A DNA stretch of 64,000 nucleotides from an uncultured SAR86 cluster bacterium (GTDB lineage Bacteria > Pseudomonadota > Gammaproteobacteria > Magnimaribacterales > AG-339-G14): contig CACJNS010000001.1 in assembly GCA_902594855.1 (NCBI GenBank), forward strand, positions 104,696 through 168,695, given 5' to 3'. The translations under genes were made by a program, and so were the position numbers. Within the stretch, counting starts at the first letter, position 1, and each line of letters starts with the position of its first letter. The notes beneath the pieces were generated by a model. It had not been told where the DNA came from. It was given only the letters and a program-made list of their open reading frames with translations, and ran no database searches. Below are positions 48,791 to 59,096 of the stretch, piece by piece.

Positions 48791-50785
48791 TTACGATCTC
48801 AACTTTGCCTTAAATATTTTGGCCGCACGTTTAATTTGACTCTCAACATATTGATCTACTTCTTTATCTTCCAGTGTGGCTCCAGTCGCTTGCCAAAAAA
48901 GTCTAAACGTCATACTTTTTAAAGTTTCATCTATTCCTTTGCCTTGATAAACATCAATCACTGAAACAGACCTTAAATTTGTGCCTCCGGCTTTTTTAAG
49001 CTCTTTAATAAAATCATTAGCAGGTATGTCCTTTGAGACAAGAAAAGACAGATCTCTTTCGCTTCCAGGAAATTTTGGCGGTTGAGCAATCATATTAATT
49101 TTTGGTAATTTAATAGCGTCCAAATTTATCTCAAACAAAACTATTTCCGGCAACTTAAGTTTTTTTTGAATCGCAGGATGCAAGATACCAATATTTCCAA
49201 TGAATTTTGTTTTCATTTTTATTTCTGCTGATATTCCTGGATGCAAATGAGTTGTGGAAGCTTTGTAATAAACGGGCTCCATATTTAATCTCGAAAAAAA
49301 CATATCTAGAATTTTTCTAAGATCGTAAAAGCTATTTTCAAAAGAACCAGACCAATCAGATGAAGATTTATCAAAATAGAGCAGCCCAGCAAGACTCTTC
49401 CAACTTTCTTCTTTATTAAAGACGTTCCCAACCTCAAAGATTTTGAATTTTTGAGCGCCTCTGTTGAAATTATATTCAAAGTTATTTAACAATCCCGGAA
49501 CAAGAGAGGGTCGCATTACATCCTGGTTGCTGGACATAGGATTGGCAATCTCAATTGAATCGTTATTTAACCCGAGCATTTGAATAAAAGATGAATCAAC
49601 AAAAGCGTAATTAATTACTTCATTAAAGCCAGCATTAACAAAAATATCTTTACTAAACTTTTCCTTTTCAATAGATGTATCTTCTGGGGAGGAAGCTAGC
49701 AATTTCAATCTTTTGCTAGGTAAATTATTGTATCCAATTATTCTCGCTATCTCTTCGATAATATCCTCTCTAATTTCAATATCGTAGCGATGAGAAGGAC
49801 AAGTTATCTCTAAATAATTCCTTTTTGATTCAACTTTAAATTCTAACGCCTTTAAAAGTTTTATAAGCTTTGTGCTAGGAATTTCTGTTCCGAGCCTTGA
49901 ATCAATGAATTCTTTACTTATCAATATTTTCTTTGCTTTATAATTTTTAGATTGTTTAAAGATCTTTGAAAAGTTTCCTCCAAAGATTTCAGCATAAAGT
50001 TGTGCTGCAAAATTAATTGCATACTCTTGGATTTCTTTATCAACTCCTCTTTCGAATCTTAATGATGCCTCAGATTGAAAGCCTAACTTTCTTGCATTTC
50101 CTCTGATGCTTGCAGGTTCAAAACAGGCTGACTCTAAAAAAATTTCTTGAGTGGTTTCATCCACTTCAGAATTAGCACACCCCATAATTCCAGCAAGGGC
50201 TATTTCCCCTTTTTCATCGGATATTGTTAGGTAGTCTTTAGTTATCTCATGGGAAACACCATCCAAAAGTTTCAACCTAGTTATTTTGGAAGGAAATTTG
50301 ACATAAATTTTTTTGCCAATCTTTTTATTATCAAAAGCATGTAAAGGTTGTCCGGTGTGGAGCATTACATAGTTCGTAATATCAACTATTGGATTAACTT
50401 GACCAATATCAGCAGCCTTTAACGTTTTTTTGATGTATTGCGGAGTTTTGCCTTTATTCTTGAGTTTGATGATTTGGCCTATATAACTTGAACAGGCGCT
50501 CTTATCTACAGAAATAGTTTTTTTAGAATCGTGATTTTGTTGTTGCTTCTTAAATTTTGGAAGTTTTAATTTTAAATTATTTACTGCACAAACATCTCTA
50601 GCTATGCCTATCAGACTAAAACAGTCCCCTCTGTTAGGAGTTAGATCTAGTTTGATTAATAAATCATTTTTTTCTTTTTTTGATTGGTCAACTTCAAGTC
50701 CCAACTCTGTAAGCTGTTCTAAAAGGTCAGTATCGGAAATCGATCCAGATATATATTGAAGTAGGTCGGATTTATAAAATTGCAT
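48791..50785 (-). CDS. pheT: Phenylalanine--tRNA ligase beta subunit, short form (664 aa)
   Basis: B1 start, LTPNRGDCFSLIGIARD, B3/4, B5 and the C-terminal FDX-ACB domain are all recognisable. Sits directly downstream of pheS. Confidence 0.9.
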   Translation of the reverse strand: MQFYKSDLLQYISGSISDTDLLEQLTELGLEVDQSKKEKNDLLIKLDLTPNRGDCFSLIGIARDVCAVNNLKLKLPKFKKQQQNHDSKKTISVDKSACSSYIGQIIKLKNKGKTPQYIKKTLKAADIGQVNPIVDITNYVMLHTGQPLHAFDNKKIGKKIYVKFPSKITRLKLLDGVSHEITKDYLTISDEKGEIALAGIMGCANSEVDETTQEIFLESACFEPASIRGNARKLGFQSEASLRFERGVDKEIQEYAINFAAQLYAEIFGGNFSKIFKQSKNYKAKKILISKEFIDSRLGTEIPSTKLIKLLKALEFKVESKRNYLEITCPSHRYDIEIREDIIEEIARIIGYNNLPSKRLKLLASSPEDTSIEKEKFSKDIFVNAGFNEVINYAFVDSSFIQMLGLNNDSIEIANPMSSNQDVMRPSLVPGLLNNFEYNFNRGAQKFKIFEVGNVFNKEESWKSLAGLLYFDKSSSDWSGSFENSFYDLRKILDMFFSRLNMEPVYYKASTTHLHPGISAEIKMKTKFIGNIGILHPAIQKKLKLPEIVLFEINLDAIKLPKINMIAQPPKFPGSERDLSFLVSKDIPANDFIKELKKAGGTNLRSVSVIDVYQGKGIDETLKSMTFRLFWQATGATLEDKEVDQYVESQIKRAAKIFKAKLRS

Positions 50786-51756
50786 TATCCTTTTGTGACA
50801 AACCTTAAGTCATTCTCAAATAACATTCTAATATCAGATATTTGATATCTAAGCATGGTCATTCTTTCTATTCCCATACCAAAAGCAAAACCTGAGTAAA
50901 TTTCTGGATTTAGCCCAACGTTTTTCAATACATTTGGATGAACCATTCCACATCCCATTATTTCAAGCCAGCCATTCTTACCCTGAATATCTACTTCTAC
51001 TGAAGGTTCTGTGAATGGGAAATATGAAGGTCGAAACCTAACTTTTGGATTATCTTTGAAAAAAGATGCGACAAACTCCAAAATTTCATTTTTTAGATGT
51101 GCAAAATTTATATCTTTATCGACAACAAGACCTTCCACTTGGTGAAACATAGGCGTATGAGTCTGATCTGAATCGCATCTAAATACTTTGCCAGGACATA
51201 ATATTTTTAAAGGAGGAGATTCTAATTCCATAGACCTGATTTGAACGGGAGAGGTATGAGTTCTTAAAAGGTTACCATCTTCAAAATAAAAGGTGTCGTG
51301 CATGTCTCTAGCAGGATGATTCTCAGGAATATTCAATGCAGAAAAATTGAAATACTCTGATTCAATTTCAGGCCCTTCACGAAGAACGTAACCTTTGTTT
51401 TTAAAATATTTTGAGATTTCTTGAGCTATCATAGAAATAGGATGGTAACTTCCTACGTCTGGACTTAATGGCAAAGAAACATCAATTGCTTCTTTAGATA
51501 ATTGTTCATCCAGTGCAGATTGTTCAATTTTTTTTAACGAAGAGCTGATTGATTCTTCGATTAGAGATTTAAATTCATTGATCGATTTGCCTAAATTAGG
51601 TTTCTTTTCAGCTGGAGCATTAGATAGCTGGGACATTAAAGATGGAAGAATACCTTTTTTGCCAAGGTATTCAATTTTTAGAGTATTAAGAGAATCTTGA
51701 GAATCTGCTTCTTTAAATTTATTTAAGAAAGTTTTTTTCTCTTGGGCTAAATCCAT
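50785..51756 (-). CDS. pheS: Phenylalanine--tRNA ligase alpha subunit
   Basis: HPARDMHDTFY, LRTHTSPVQIR, FRPSYFPFTEPS, and GFAFGMGIERM. Confidence 0.95.
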   Translation of the reverse strand: MDLAQEKKTFLNKFKEADSQDSLNTLKIEYLGKKGILPSLMSQLSNAPAEKKPNLGKSINEFKSLIEESISSSLKKIEQSALDEQLSKEAIDVSLPLSPDVGSYHPISMIAQEISKYFKNKGYVLREGPEIESEYFNFSALNIPENHPARDMHDTFYFEDGNLLRTHTSPVQIRSMELESPPLKILCPGKVFRCDSDQTHTPMFHQVEGLVVDKDINFAHLKNEILEFVASFFKDNPKVRFRPSYFPFTEPSVEVDIQGKNGWLEIMGCGMVHPNVLKNVGLNPEIYSGFAFGMGIERMTMLRYQISDIRMLFENDLRFVTKG

Positions 51757-51762
51757 AGCCCA

Positions 51763-52119
51763 TTATGCAGCAATATCTTTAACCTTTGAAACTAGAGATG
51801 CAAAACCTTCTTTGTCTTCTACAGCCATGTTGGCTAAAACTCTTCTATCCAAATCAATGTTAGCTTTTTTCAGACCGTTCATGAAAACACTATAGCTCAG
51901 ACCATGCTCTCTAACAGCAGCATTTATTCTTATGATCCAAAGCGATCTAAAAGTTCTTTTTTTAACTTTTCTGTCTCTGTATGCATATTGACCAGCTTTC
52001 AATACAGCTTGATTTGCAACTTTAAAAGTCCTACTGCGCGCCCCTCTAAAACCTTTGGCTAGTTTAAGGATTTTCTTATGTCTTTTTTTGGCTTGAACGC
52101 CTCGTTTTACTCTACTCAT
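51763..52119 (-). CDS. rplT: 50S ribosomal protein L20
   Basis: [28 protein letters not shown]. Confidence 0.95.
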   Translation of the reverse strand: MSRVKRGVQAKKRHKKILKLAKGFRGARSRTFKVANQAVLKAGQYAYRDRKVKKRTFRSLWIIRINAAVREHGLSYSVFMNGLKKANIDLDRRVLANMAVEDKEGFASLVSKVKDIAA

Positions 52120-52313
52120 GATTTTTCTCTAAACATTCTTTTTACTAATTTTTCATCACCAGCAGCCAGTTGAGTTGTACCTCTGAGTTGCCTTTTTGAT
52201 TTTGTCGACATCTTAGTAAGAATATGTCTTTTGTTAGCTTGTTTTCGTTTGAGTCCAGAGCCTGTTTTTTTAAAACGCTTGGCAGCTCCTTTGTGTACTT
52301 TAACTTTTGGCAT
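52116..52313 (-). CDS. rpmI: 50S ribosomal protein L35
   Basis: [20 protein letters not shown]. Confidence 0.95.
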   Translation of the reverse strand: MPKVKVHKGAAKRFKKTGSGLKRKQANKRHILTKMSTKSKRQLRGTTQLAAGDEKLVKRMFREKS

Positions 52314-52315
52314 TT

Positions 52316-52864
52316 TTAATTTTTCTTTTTAGTTGGTGACATAACCATTACAAGCTGTCTTCCCTCTGACTGTGGCTCTTGCTCAACAACAGCCTGGTCA
52401 GAAAGGTCCGTTTCAATTCTTTTTAAAAGCTCAAGACCTAAATCCTGATGCATCATTTCTCTGCCTCTGAATCTCATTGTAATCTTTGCCTTATCTCCAT
52501 CTTGAATAAATCTAGTTATGCTTTTTAACTTTATTTGATAATCGTTTTCTTCTGTCCCAGGTCTAAATTTTATTTCCTTAATCTGTGTTCTTTTTTGTTT
52601 TTTCTTTGAAGCAGATTTTTGTTTTTTCTTGTCAAAAAGGTGTTTACCGTAATCCATTAGCTTGCAAACGGGATGTTCAGAATCGTTTGCTAACTGAACC
52701 AAATCAAGGCTTGCTGCCGAAGCTTTTTTCATAGCTTCTTCTATCGCAACTATTCCCAACTGTTCCCCTGTTTCAGATATAAGCCTTACTTTTGAGGCGG
52801 AAATTTGTTGGTTTACAAGTTGTCTTTTTTTGAAAGACGTCTGCCTAGGTCTTGGAGAAGCTAT
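52316..52864 (-). CDS. infC: Translation initiation factor IF-3, with a proposed non-canonical ATA start
   Basis: The track ORF starts at a TTG inside the conserved N-domain. The frame stays open upstream to 52873 and encodes ..[23 protein letters not shown], which aligns with E. coli [23 protein letters not shown]. The only start-like codon behind an SD (GAGG + 6 nt) is the ATA at 52864. Confidence 0.8.
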   Translation of the reverse strand: MASPRPRQTSFKKRQLVNQQISASKVRLISETGEQLGIVAIEEAMKKASAASLDLVQLANDSEHPVCKLMDYGKHLFDKKKQKSASKKKQKRTQIKEIKFRPGTEENDYQIKLKSITRFIQDGDKAKITMRFRGREMMHQDLGLELLKRIETDLSDQAVVEQEPQSEGRQLVMVMSPTKKKN

Positions 52865-52893
52865 TTTAAACCTCTAACGAAAAATTTTAACAA

Positions 52894-54822
52894 TCAGACC
52901 TCCTTGGATCTTATTTTTCTCAAAACCATTTTTGAGAAGTCGCTCTCTGACATTGAAGATTGATTTTGAGATTCTCTATCTCTAACGCTAATAGAACCCT
53001 CTTCAATCTCTTTGTCACCTATTACAATTTGATATGGTATCTTTTGTATAGAGTGGTCGCGGATTTTATAAGTGATTTTCTCATTCCTCAAGTCTGAAAT
53101 GACTTTTATTTCATTTTTTTTCAATATCTCAGTGATCTCAACAACTCTATCAGTATGTTTTTCTGATACATTCATGACAACTGCATGAATAGGGGATAGC
53201 CATAAAGGAAAGGATCCATCATACTGCTCAATTAAAATTCCTATAAATCTTTCAAAAGATCCCAGAATTGCTCTATGCATCATGACTGGCCGATGTTTTT
53301 TGCCATCCTCTCCTACATAAGAGGCATCAAGTCTTTCAGGTAAATTAAAATCAGCCTGAAAAGTCCCGCACTGCCATTCTCTTTTTAATGCGTCGGTTAG
53401 AACAAAATCAATTTTTGGACCATAAAAAGCACCATCACCTTCTGCAATCTCATAATCAATGTTCAGTGCTTCTATAGCGTTCTTGAGGGCTTTTTCAGCT
53501 TTATCCCAAATATTATCAGAACCAACTCTTACTTCTGGTCTTGTTGAGAGCTTGATATCAATTTTTTTAAACCCAAAATCTTCATAAACATCATAAAGAA
53601 GAGAAATAAATGAAGCAGTCTCATCCTGAATTTGATCCTCAGTGCAAAATATATGTCCATCGTCTTGTGTAAAGCCTCTAACCCGCATAAGTCCATGCAT
53701 AGTCCCTGAGGGTTCGTATCTATGGCAACTTCCAAACTCTGCAAATCTAATCGGTAGATCTCTGTAAGACTTTAGAGATTGATTATAAATTTGAACATGG
53801 CCTGGACAATTCATAGGCTTAAGAGCATTGGTCCTTTTTTCATTTGCATGTTCTTCATCAATTTCCGTGATGAACATATTTTCTCTGTATTTTTCCCAGT
53901 GGCCAGATTTCTCCCATAGTTTCCTATCAATTACTTGAGGAGTTTTTATCTCCGAGTAATTTGCATTGACTTGCTTGTCTCTCATATATTTTTCAACCGC
54001 TGTGTAAATGCTCCATCCTTTAGGATGCCAAAAAACCATACCAGGAGCTTCTTCTTGTAAATGGAATAAATCATATTTTTTACCAAGAAGCCTATGGTCT
54101 CTTTTGGATGCTTCCTCTTTGATACGCAAATAATCATCAAGTTCTTTTTTAGAATTCCATGCCGTTCCATAGACTCTTTGGAGCATTTTATTTTCCGATT
54201 TACCTCTCCAGTAGGCTCCTGCAACTTGCGTAAGTTTAAAAGCTTTAATAAAACTCATATTTGGTATGTGTGGACCCCTGCACATGTCTACATATTCTTC
54301 ATGATGATAAAGAGCAACATTTTCTGATATATCGATATCTTTAAGTATTTCGAGCTTGTAATCTTCTTTTCTACTTTTAAAGACTTTTACTGCCTCTTTA
54401 TGCGGAACTACTTTTTTTTCAACTATGTATGATGAAGTAGCTAACTCTTTCATGCGTTTTTCAATCTTTGCAAGATCTTGTTGGGTAAGTTTATGGTCTA
54501 AATCGATATCGTAATAAAATCCATCCTCAATTATTGGTCCAATTGCCATTTTAGTTTTAGGAAAAATTTGTTTTATGGCATGACCAAATAGGTGCGCACA
54601 ACTATGTCGAATAATATCTATGCCCTGTTGATCTTTGTTGGTTAAGATGGAAACTTCTGAGTCTTTTTCTATTAGATCACAAGCATCATGCTCTTCCCCG
54701 TTAATAACGCCAGCCAAAGTTGCTTTGGCTAAACCAGGGCCGATATCTTGAGCCAATTCAAGTATGCTAGGAGGCTCATCAAAATTTCTCTTGGATTTAT
54801 CAGGAAGTGTAATTTCTATCAT
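52894..54822 (-). CDS. thrS: Threonine--tRNA ligase
   Basis: TGS domain start [18 protein letters not shown], and class II motifs (FRHE-like [18 protein letters not shown]). Confidence 0.95.
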   Translation of the reverse strand: MIEITLPDKSKRNFDEPPSILELAQDIGPGLAKATLAGVINGEEHDACDLIEKDSEVSILTNKDQQGIDIIRHSCAHLFGHAIKQIFPKTKMAIGPIIEDGFYYDIDLDHKLTQQDLAKIEKRMKELATSSYIVEKKVVPHKEAVKVFKSRKEDYKLEILKDIDISENVALYHHEEYVDMCRGPHIPNMSFIKAFKLTQVAGAYWRGKSENKMLQRVYGTAWNSKKELDDYLRIKEEASKRDHRLLGKKYDLFHLQEEAPGMVFWHPKGWSIYTAVEKYMRDKQVNANYSEIKTPQVIDRKLWEKSGHWEKYRENMFITEIDEEHANEKRTNALKPMNCPGHVQIYNQSLKSYRDLPIRFAEFGSCHRYEPSGTMHGLMRVRGFTQDDGHIFCTEDQIQDETASFISLLYDVYEDFGFKKIDIKLSTRPEVRVGSDNIWDKAEKALKNAIEALNIDYEIAEGDGAFYGPKIDFVLTDALKREWQCGTFQADFNLPERLDASYVGEDGKKHRPVMMHRAILGSFERFIGILIEQYDGSFPLWLSPIHAVVMNVSEKHTDRVVEITEILKKNEIKVISDLRNEKITYKIRDHSIQKIPYQIVIGDKEIEEGSISVRDRESQNQSSMSESDFSKMVLRKIRSKEV

Positions 54823-54876
54823 TTTTTGACCTATACGAGGGGCCTTGATGTTATTTTACTTAATTATCATTATTTT

Positions 54877-55470
54877 TTAAGGAGAAAGGTAAGATTTAAT
54901 CCACTTTTTTCCTTCTGATTTAAAAAGTGTTCTTTCATGCCTCCGGAATTCTCCTTCTTTCCAAATTTCAATTTCCTTAGGTATGATTTTGTACATGCCG
55001 CAATGATCTGGAAGTTTTATATCCTTCTCATCCAACGTATTTATAGCTTCTTCAACTATTTTTTGAAAGCTTTCAAAAGATTCAATTTCTTCACTCTGTT
55101 TTGAAACAATAGCCGAAATTCTTGAACCTTTTGGTCTCGAATTAAAATATTCTTCCGATTCTGGTCTGGAAGCTTCAAATATTGATCCACTGATTCTGAT
55201 TTGAACTTGTAACTCTCTCCACCAAAAATTTACTGAAACATTGTTATTTTTTGAAATATCTTGACCCTTTTTACTTTTGTAATTGGTATAAAAAAATAAA
55301 CCATCATCGGTAAATTTTTTTAGTAATACGACTCTGGAAGAAGGTCTTTGATCTTCATCGACGGTTGAAACGGTCATTCCATTCCAGTCTCTTAAATCTT
55401 TATCTCTTGCCTGCTCAAGGAAATATTTTACTTCAAGAAGAGGTTCTTGAGAGATGGAATCAAAATTCAT
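54877..55470 (-). CDS. pdxH: Pyridoxamine 5'-phosphate oxidase
   Basis: RVVLLKKF..GLFFYTNY.S.KG, QVQIRISG, and C-terminal IEIWKEGEFRRHER. Confidence 0.9.
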   Translation of the reverse strand: MNFDSISQEPLLEVKYFLEQARDKDLRDWNGMTVSTVDEDQRPSSRVVLLKKFTDDGLFFYTNYKSKKGQDISKNNNVSVNFWWRELQVQIRISGSIFEASRPESEEYFNSRPKGSRISAIVSKQSEEIESFESFQKIVEEAINTLDEKDIKLPDHCGMYKIIPKEIEIWKEGEFRRHERTLFKSEGKKWIKSYLSP

Positions 55471-55941
55471 TTATTTTCTTTGGACCCAAAAATCTAGCGA
55501 TAAATATTTACCTGGACCAAATAATAAAATGACTAACGTCACTAGGAAATAAGTTACTGACATCTCATAACCTCCAGCGTCTGCATTCCATCCGTTTGGA
55601 GAATGATAATAAGTAGCCACAATCATGCATACTAAAATAGGCACGGTTGCCCATCTCGAGAAAAGGCCTATCAATAAGAGGACTGCACCACCTGCTTCAG
55701 CAATGATTGTTAACCAGGCAAATAGGTCGGGTAGAATTAAATTTAGATTATCTTTTCCTCCCGGACCCAAAAACTCTGAAAATCTATCAACATTTGGTAT
55801 GCCATCTTCCCACGCTATTTTTCTCACGCCAGCGTTCCAAAATATGAAGAATAAGTAGACTCTCAAAAAGAATAGGCCAATGAAGTCAAAGGCTTTTAAG
55901 TTACCTAAAAAATTATCAATTTTTAAAATTAATCTAATCAT
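55471..55941 (-). CDS. DoxX-family membrane protein
   Basis: Four hydrophobic segments. AEAGGAVLLLIGLFSRWA and LFGPGKYSLD are DoxX hallmarks. Confidence 0.7.
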   Translation of the reverse strand: MIRLILKIDNFLGNLKAFDFIGLFFLRVYLFFIFWNAGVRKIAWEDGIPNVDRFSEFLGPGGKDNLNLILPDLFAWLTIIAEAGGAVLLLIGLFSRWATVPILVCMIVATYYHSPNGWNADAGGYEMSVTYFLVTLVILLFGPGKYLSLDFWVQRK

Positions 55942-56669
55942 TTTTTTTCTTTTTCTATTATCTCAAATGCTGCTTGTATTTCTATAAATTTTTCTTTAGC
56001 TTTTTCAATTAGTTCCTCAGGGAGACCCTTGGAAATAAGTGCATCTGGATGAAATTCTTTTCTTTTAACTCTATAGATTTTTTTTATTTCTTCCAAAGTC
56101 ATGTTTTTAGTAACCCCCAGAATTTCATAAGCATCTGAAATTTTTCCAACATATTTATTGTACAAATCTTTGTAAACATTTTTATCAAACCCAAAGATGT
56201 TAGGGATTTTTCTTAACAGTCTCTCTTCATTTTCATGCATTTCACCATCTGCCATGGCTAACTCAAATAAAAGCTCATAAAAAACCAAAAGTGAATTTGA
56301 ACTAGAGCCTAAAAGTTGATAAAGCTGTTTTGCATATGCGTCAAAGGAGACTCTATCTGATTTAGCTTTTTGAAAAATGTTTATAGCAAAATTTCTTTCA
56401 TCCTCACTAAAATTAAATTTGTTAGAGATAAAACTTTCTATTTTGGAAACTTCCTCTTCGCTTACTCTTCCGTCTGCTTTTGCTATTTTTGCAAGGCATG
56501 CAAATAAAGCTGTAAAAAAAGCTACTTGATGATCTAAATTACTTGGAATTCTTCTAGATTTTGCTTGCCTTGTCATTCTTGAGCCCATTACGCTTCCAAC
56601 AAGAGCACCAATAGGTCCAAGCAAAGTGAAGCCAATCATTCCGCCGACAATTCCTCCAATTAAACTCAT
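55938..56669 (-). CDS. djlA: Co-chaperone DjlA (TM + TerB-like domain + C-terminal J domain)
   Basis: An N-terminal TM segment, and a C-terminal J domain (AYEILGV...YRVKRKEFHPD). Confidence 0.8.
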   Translation of the reverse strand: MSLIGGIVGGMIGFTLLGPIGALVGSVMGSRMTRQAKSRRIPSNLDHQVAFFTALFACLAKIAKADGRVSEEEVSKIESFISNKFNFSEDERNFAINIFQKAKSDRVSFDAYAKQLYQLLGSSSNSLLVFYELLFELAMADGEMHENEERLLRKIPNIFGFDKNVYKDLYNKYVGKISDAYEILGVTKNMTLEEIKKIYRVKRKEFHPDALISKGLPEELIEKAKEKFIEIQAAFEIIEKEKK

Positions 56670-56737
56670 TTTTTCTTAATTTTTATGCATTGCTATGTTT
56701 TAATAATTGTACATGGTTAAGTTTTATCGGGGGAAAC

Positions 56738-57154
56738 ATGTCTGAATCAAAGCCTCTACCTGTGGTAGATTTCTTAAAAATTCCTGAAAGTGGGGATCCA
56801 TATTTAGAAGGCTATCGTTGTAAAAAGTGTGGATCAACCTATTTGGGTGAAAGAACTGTGTGTTCAAAGTGTTTTGCAAGAAATGAGATGGAAGTTATCA
56901 AACTATCCGAAACTGGAATATTGCATAGCTACGCAATAGTTTTTAGATCTTTTCCCGGAATCGATGTCCCTTATATCTCTGCAATAGTGGATCTTGACGG
57001 TGGAGGAACAATTAAAGGAAATTTAATAAATATTGATCCAGATCCTGATAAAATAAATTTTAATATGCCAGTAAAAATAACTTATGGCGATGCGTTAGGC
57101 AGAAAAGATAAAGATGGAAATTCTTATCTAAGTTATTTTTTTGAACCAGCTTAA
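56738..57154 (+). CDS. Zn-ribbon/OB-fold protein (DUF35), partner of SCP-x-type thiolases
   Basis: CKKCGSTYLGERTVCSKC rubredoxin-like knuckle followed by an OB fold. The start at 56738, behind GGGGGAAAC, is preferred over 56690. Confidence 0.75.
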   Translation: MSESKPLPVVDFLKIPESGDPYLEGYRCKKCGSTYLGERTVCSKCFARNEMEVIKLSETGILHSYAIVFRSFPGIDVPYISAIVDLDGGGTIKGNLINIDPDPDKINFNMPVKITYGDALGRKDKDGNSYLSYFFEPA

Positions 57155-57167
57155 GTGAGGATAAATT

Positions 57168-58310
57168 ATGAGTGATGTTTATGTAATGGGTGTTGATATG
57201 ATTAAGTTTGGAAGATTTCCAGACAGAAGTGTTCCTAATATTGGAGCAGAAGCAGCTTTAATGGCCTTAGATGATGCTGGTCTAGGTATCCAAGATATGC
57301 AAGCTCTTTATTGTGGAAATCTTGGTCAAGCTAATGCAATGGTAGGTCAAAGAATTCTTCAGGAAATTGGACAAACTGGCATGCCTGTAGTGAATGTTGC
57401 CAACGCATGCGCAACTGGTGCAACAGCATTTAGAGAGGCATGGATGTCTATAAAAGCTGGTATGTATGATGTTGTTTTAGCTGTTGGAGTAGAACAAATG
57501 GGAAAAGGCTTACTCGGCGGAGCTGGAGGAGGTGATGGTATTCCCAAAGAAGGCTTATTAGGTTCAGGAACAATGCCTTGTGTTTTTGCGGAAGCTGGAA
57601 TGGAACATACCAAAGAATATGGAACTACTTTTGAACAATTTGCAAAAATCTCAGTTAAAAATCATCATCATTCAACAATGAATCCAAAAGCCATGTATCA
57701 AATTGAAACTCCTTTAGATGAAGTAATGAATGCAGAAATGATTTCTTATCCTAATACCAAGCTTATGTGTTCAGTTAATGTTGATGGATCTGCTGCAGCT
57801 GTTTTAGTTTCTGAGAAAAAAGCAAAAGAATTAGGAATGTCCAGAGCTGTAAAAGTAAGAGCATCTGCTATGGCAAGTGACCCTTATACTGACAGAGATC
57901 TGGTAATGCCTGATGTTAATGCATGCACGAGACTTGCTGCAAAAGATGCTTATGAGCAAGCGGGAATAGGTCCTGAAGATGTAAATCTAGTAGAACTTCA
58001 TGATTGTTTTGCAACTGCTGAAATGCTCCATTATGAAAATCTTGGACTTTGCAAAGATGGAGAAGCAGGAAGAATGATCGATGAAGGTCATGTTGAGCTT
58101 GGTGGCAAAGTTCCGGTGAATGTTTCTGGAGGTCTCCTTTCTAAAGGTCATCCTCTGGGTGCTACTGGAATAGCAAATATCTACGAGGTATGTACGCACC
58201 TACGAGGTGAAGCCGGAAAAAGGCAAGTCGAAGGAGCAAAGATTGGAATGACTCATGTAATTGGTCTAGGCACAGCTTGTGGCATACATATCTTAGAAAA
58301 GGTTAATTAA
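57168..58310 (+). CDS. Thiolase-like protein (SCP-x/lipid-transfer type)
   Basis: NVANACATGATAF (active-site Cys), VELHDCFA, and GGLLSKGHPLGATG. Confidence 0.8.
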   Translation: MSDVYVMGVDMIKFGRFPDRSVPNIGAEAALMALDDAGLGIQDMQALYCGNLGQANAMVGQRILQEIGQTGMPVVNVANACATGATAFREAWMSIKAGMYDVVLAVGVEQMGKGLLGGAGGGDGIPKEGLLGSGTMPCVFAEAGMEHTKEYGTTFEQFAKISVKNHHHSTMNPKAMYQIETPLDEVMNAEMISYPNTKLMCSVNVDGSAAAVLVSEKKAKELGMSRAVKVRASAMASDPYTDRDLVMPDVNACTRLAAKDAYEQAGIGPEDVNLVELHDCFATAEMLHYENLGLCKDGEAGRMIDEGHVELGGKVPVNVSGGLLSKGHPLGATGIANIYEVCTHLRGEAGKRQVEGAKIGMTHVIGLGTACGIHILEKVN

Positions 58311-58315
58311 CTGCC

Positions 58316-58804
58316 TTGAAATTTGGTCTTACCGGAGACACACATAATAATTTAAAAAATATTAAAATTATTTGCGATATTTTCAATAATGAAGATATAA
58401 ATTTTGTCGTTCATACTGGCGATATTACATTGCCTAAGTCTCTAGAAGCATTCAATAAACTAAAAATGCCACTTAAAGGTGTTTTTGGAAATAATGATCA
58501 GGAAGAAAAAGAATCACTAAGTTTAGTCTGCGATAAATTTGGTTTTGAATTCGATGATGGGCCAAAAAAACTTTCTCATGATGGAAGAGATATCTACATT
58601 GTGCATGATCCCTTAGATATAGAAGATTATTTCTATGGAAGAAATAATATTATTGTCCATGGTCATACGCATCGCTTTAGGGATGAACAGATTCATGAGA
58701 CGTATATCTTTAATCCAGGAGAGTGTGCAGGAATGATGAAGGGAAAAAATAATATCGGAATAGTTGATTTATTTAAAAATACTATGAGGATTGTTAACTT
58801 CTAA
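58316..58804 (+). CDS. YfcE/MJ0936-type metallophosphoesterase (TTG start)
   Basis: GLTGDTHNN, HTGD, GNND, and HGHTH motifs. Confidence 0.75.
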   Translation: MKFGLTGDTHNNLKNIKIICDIFNNEDINFVVHTGDITLPKSLEAFNKLKMPLKGVFGNNDQEEKESLSLVCDKFGFEFDDGPKKLSHDGRDIYIVHDPLDIEDYFYGRNNIIVHGHTHRFRDEQIHETYIFNPGECAGMMKGKNNIGIVDLFKNTMRIVNF

Positions 58805-59096
58805 GCTTTCTTACAAGAATATAGTCTATTAAAAGGACAATTAGAAATATTGTCATAAAAGGTCTCGCCAATCTTAGATAGTTTAAACCTTGAGTTTCAA
58901 AAATATCCATGATCAATATTGACAAGATTGGAGAGAAATTTTCAGACCCTGGAAAACTAAACCATACGGATACTAAACTACTGAGTATGGCAGCAAAAAA
59001 AAATTTTTTTATGTGATAACTTTTAAAAACTGATCTAGCTAAATACGATAAAAACAGAGCAAAAAAAATATAGATAATCCATGATAAATAAATCAT
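58794..59096 (-). CDS. Small hydrophobic membrane protein, unknown function
   Basis: 100 aa with about three TM segments. Overlaps the rnd stop by 4 nt. Confidence 0.4.
   Translation of the reverse strand: MIYLSWIIYIFFALFLSYLARSVFKSYHIKKFFFAAILSSLVSVWFSFPGSENFSPILSILIMDIFETQGLNYLRLARPFMTIFLIVLLIDYILVRKLRS

Noticed and set aside
52316-52759. infC as a 147-aa protein starting at TTG 52759
   Set aside because: It would remove the conserved N-terminal residues (..[10 protein letters not shown]), which are clearly encoded in frame upstream.
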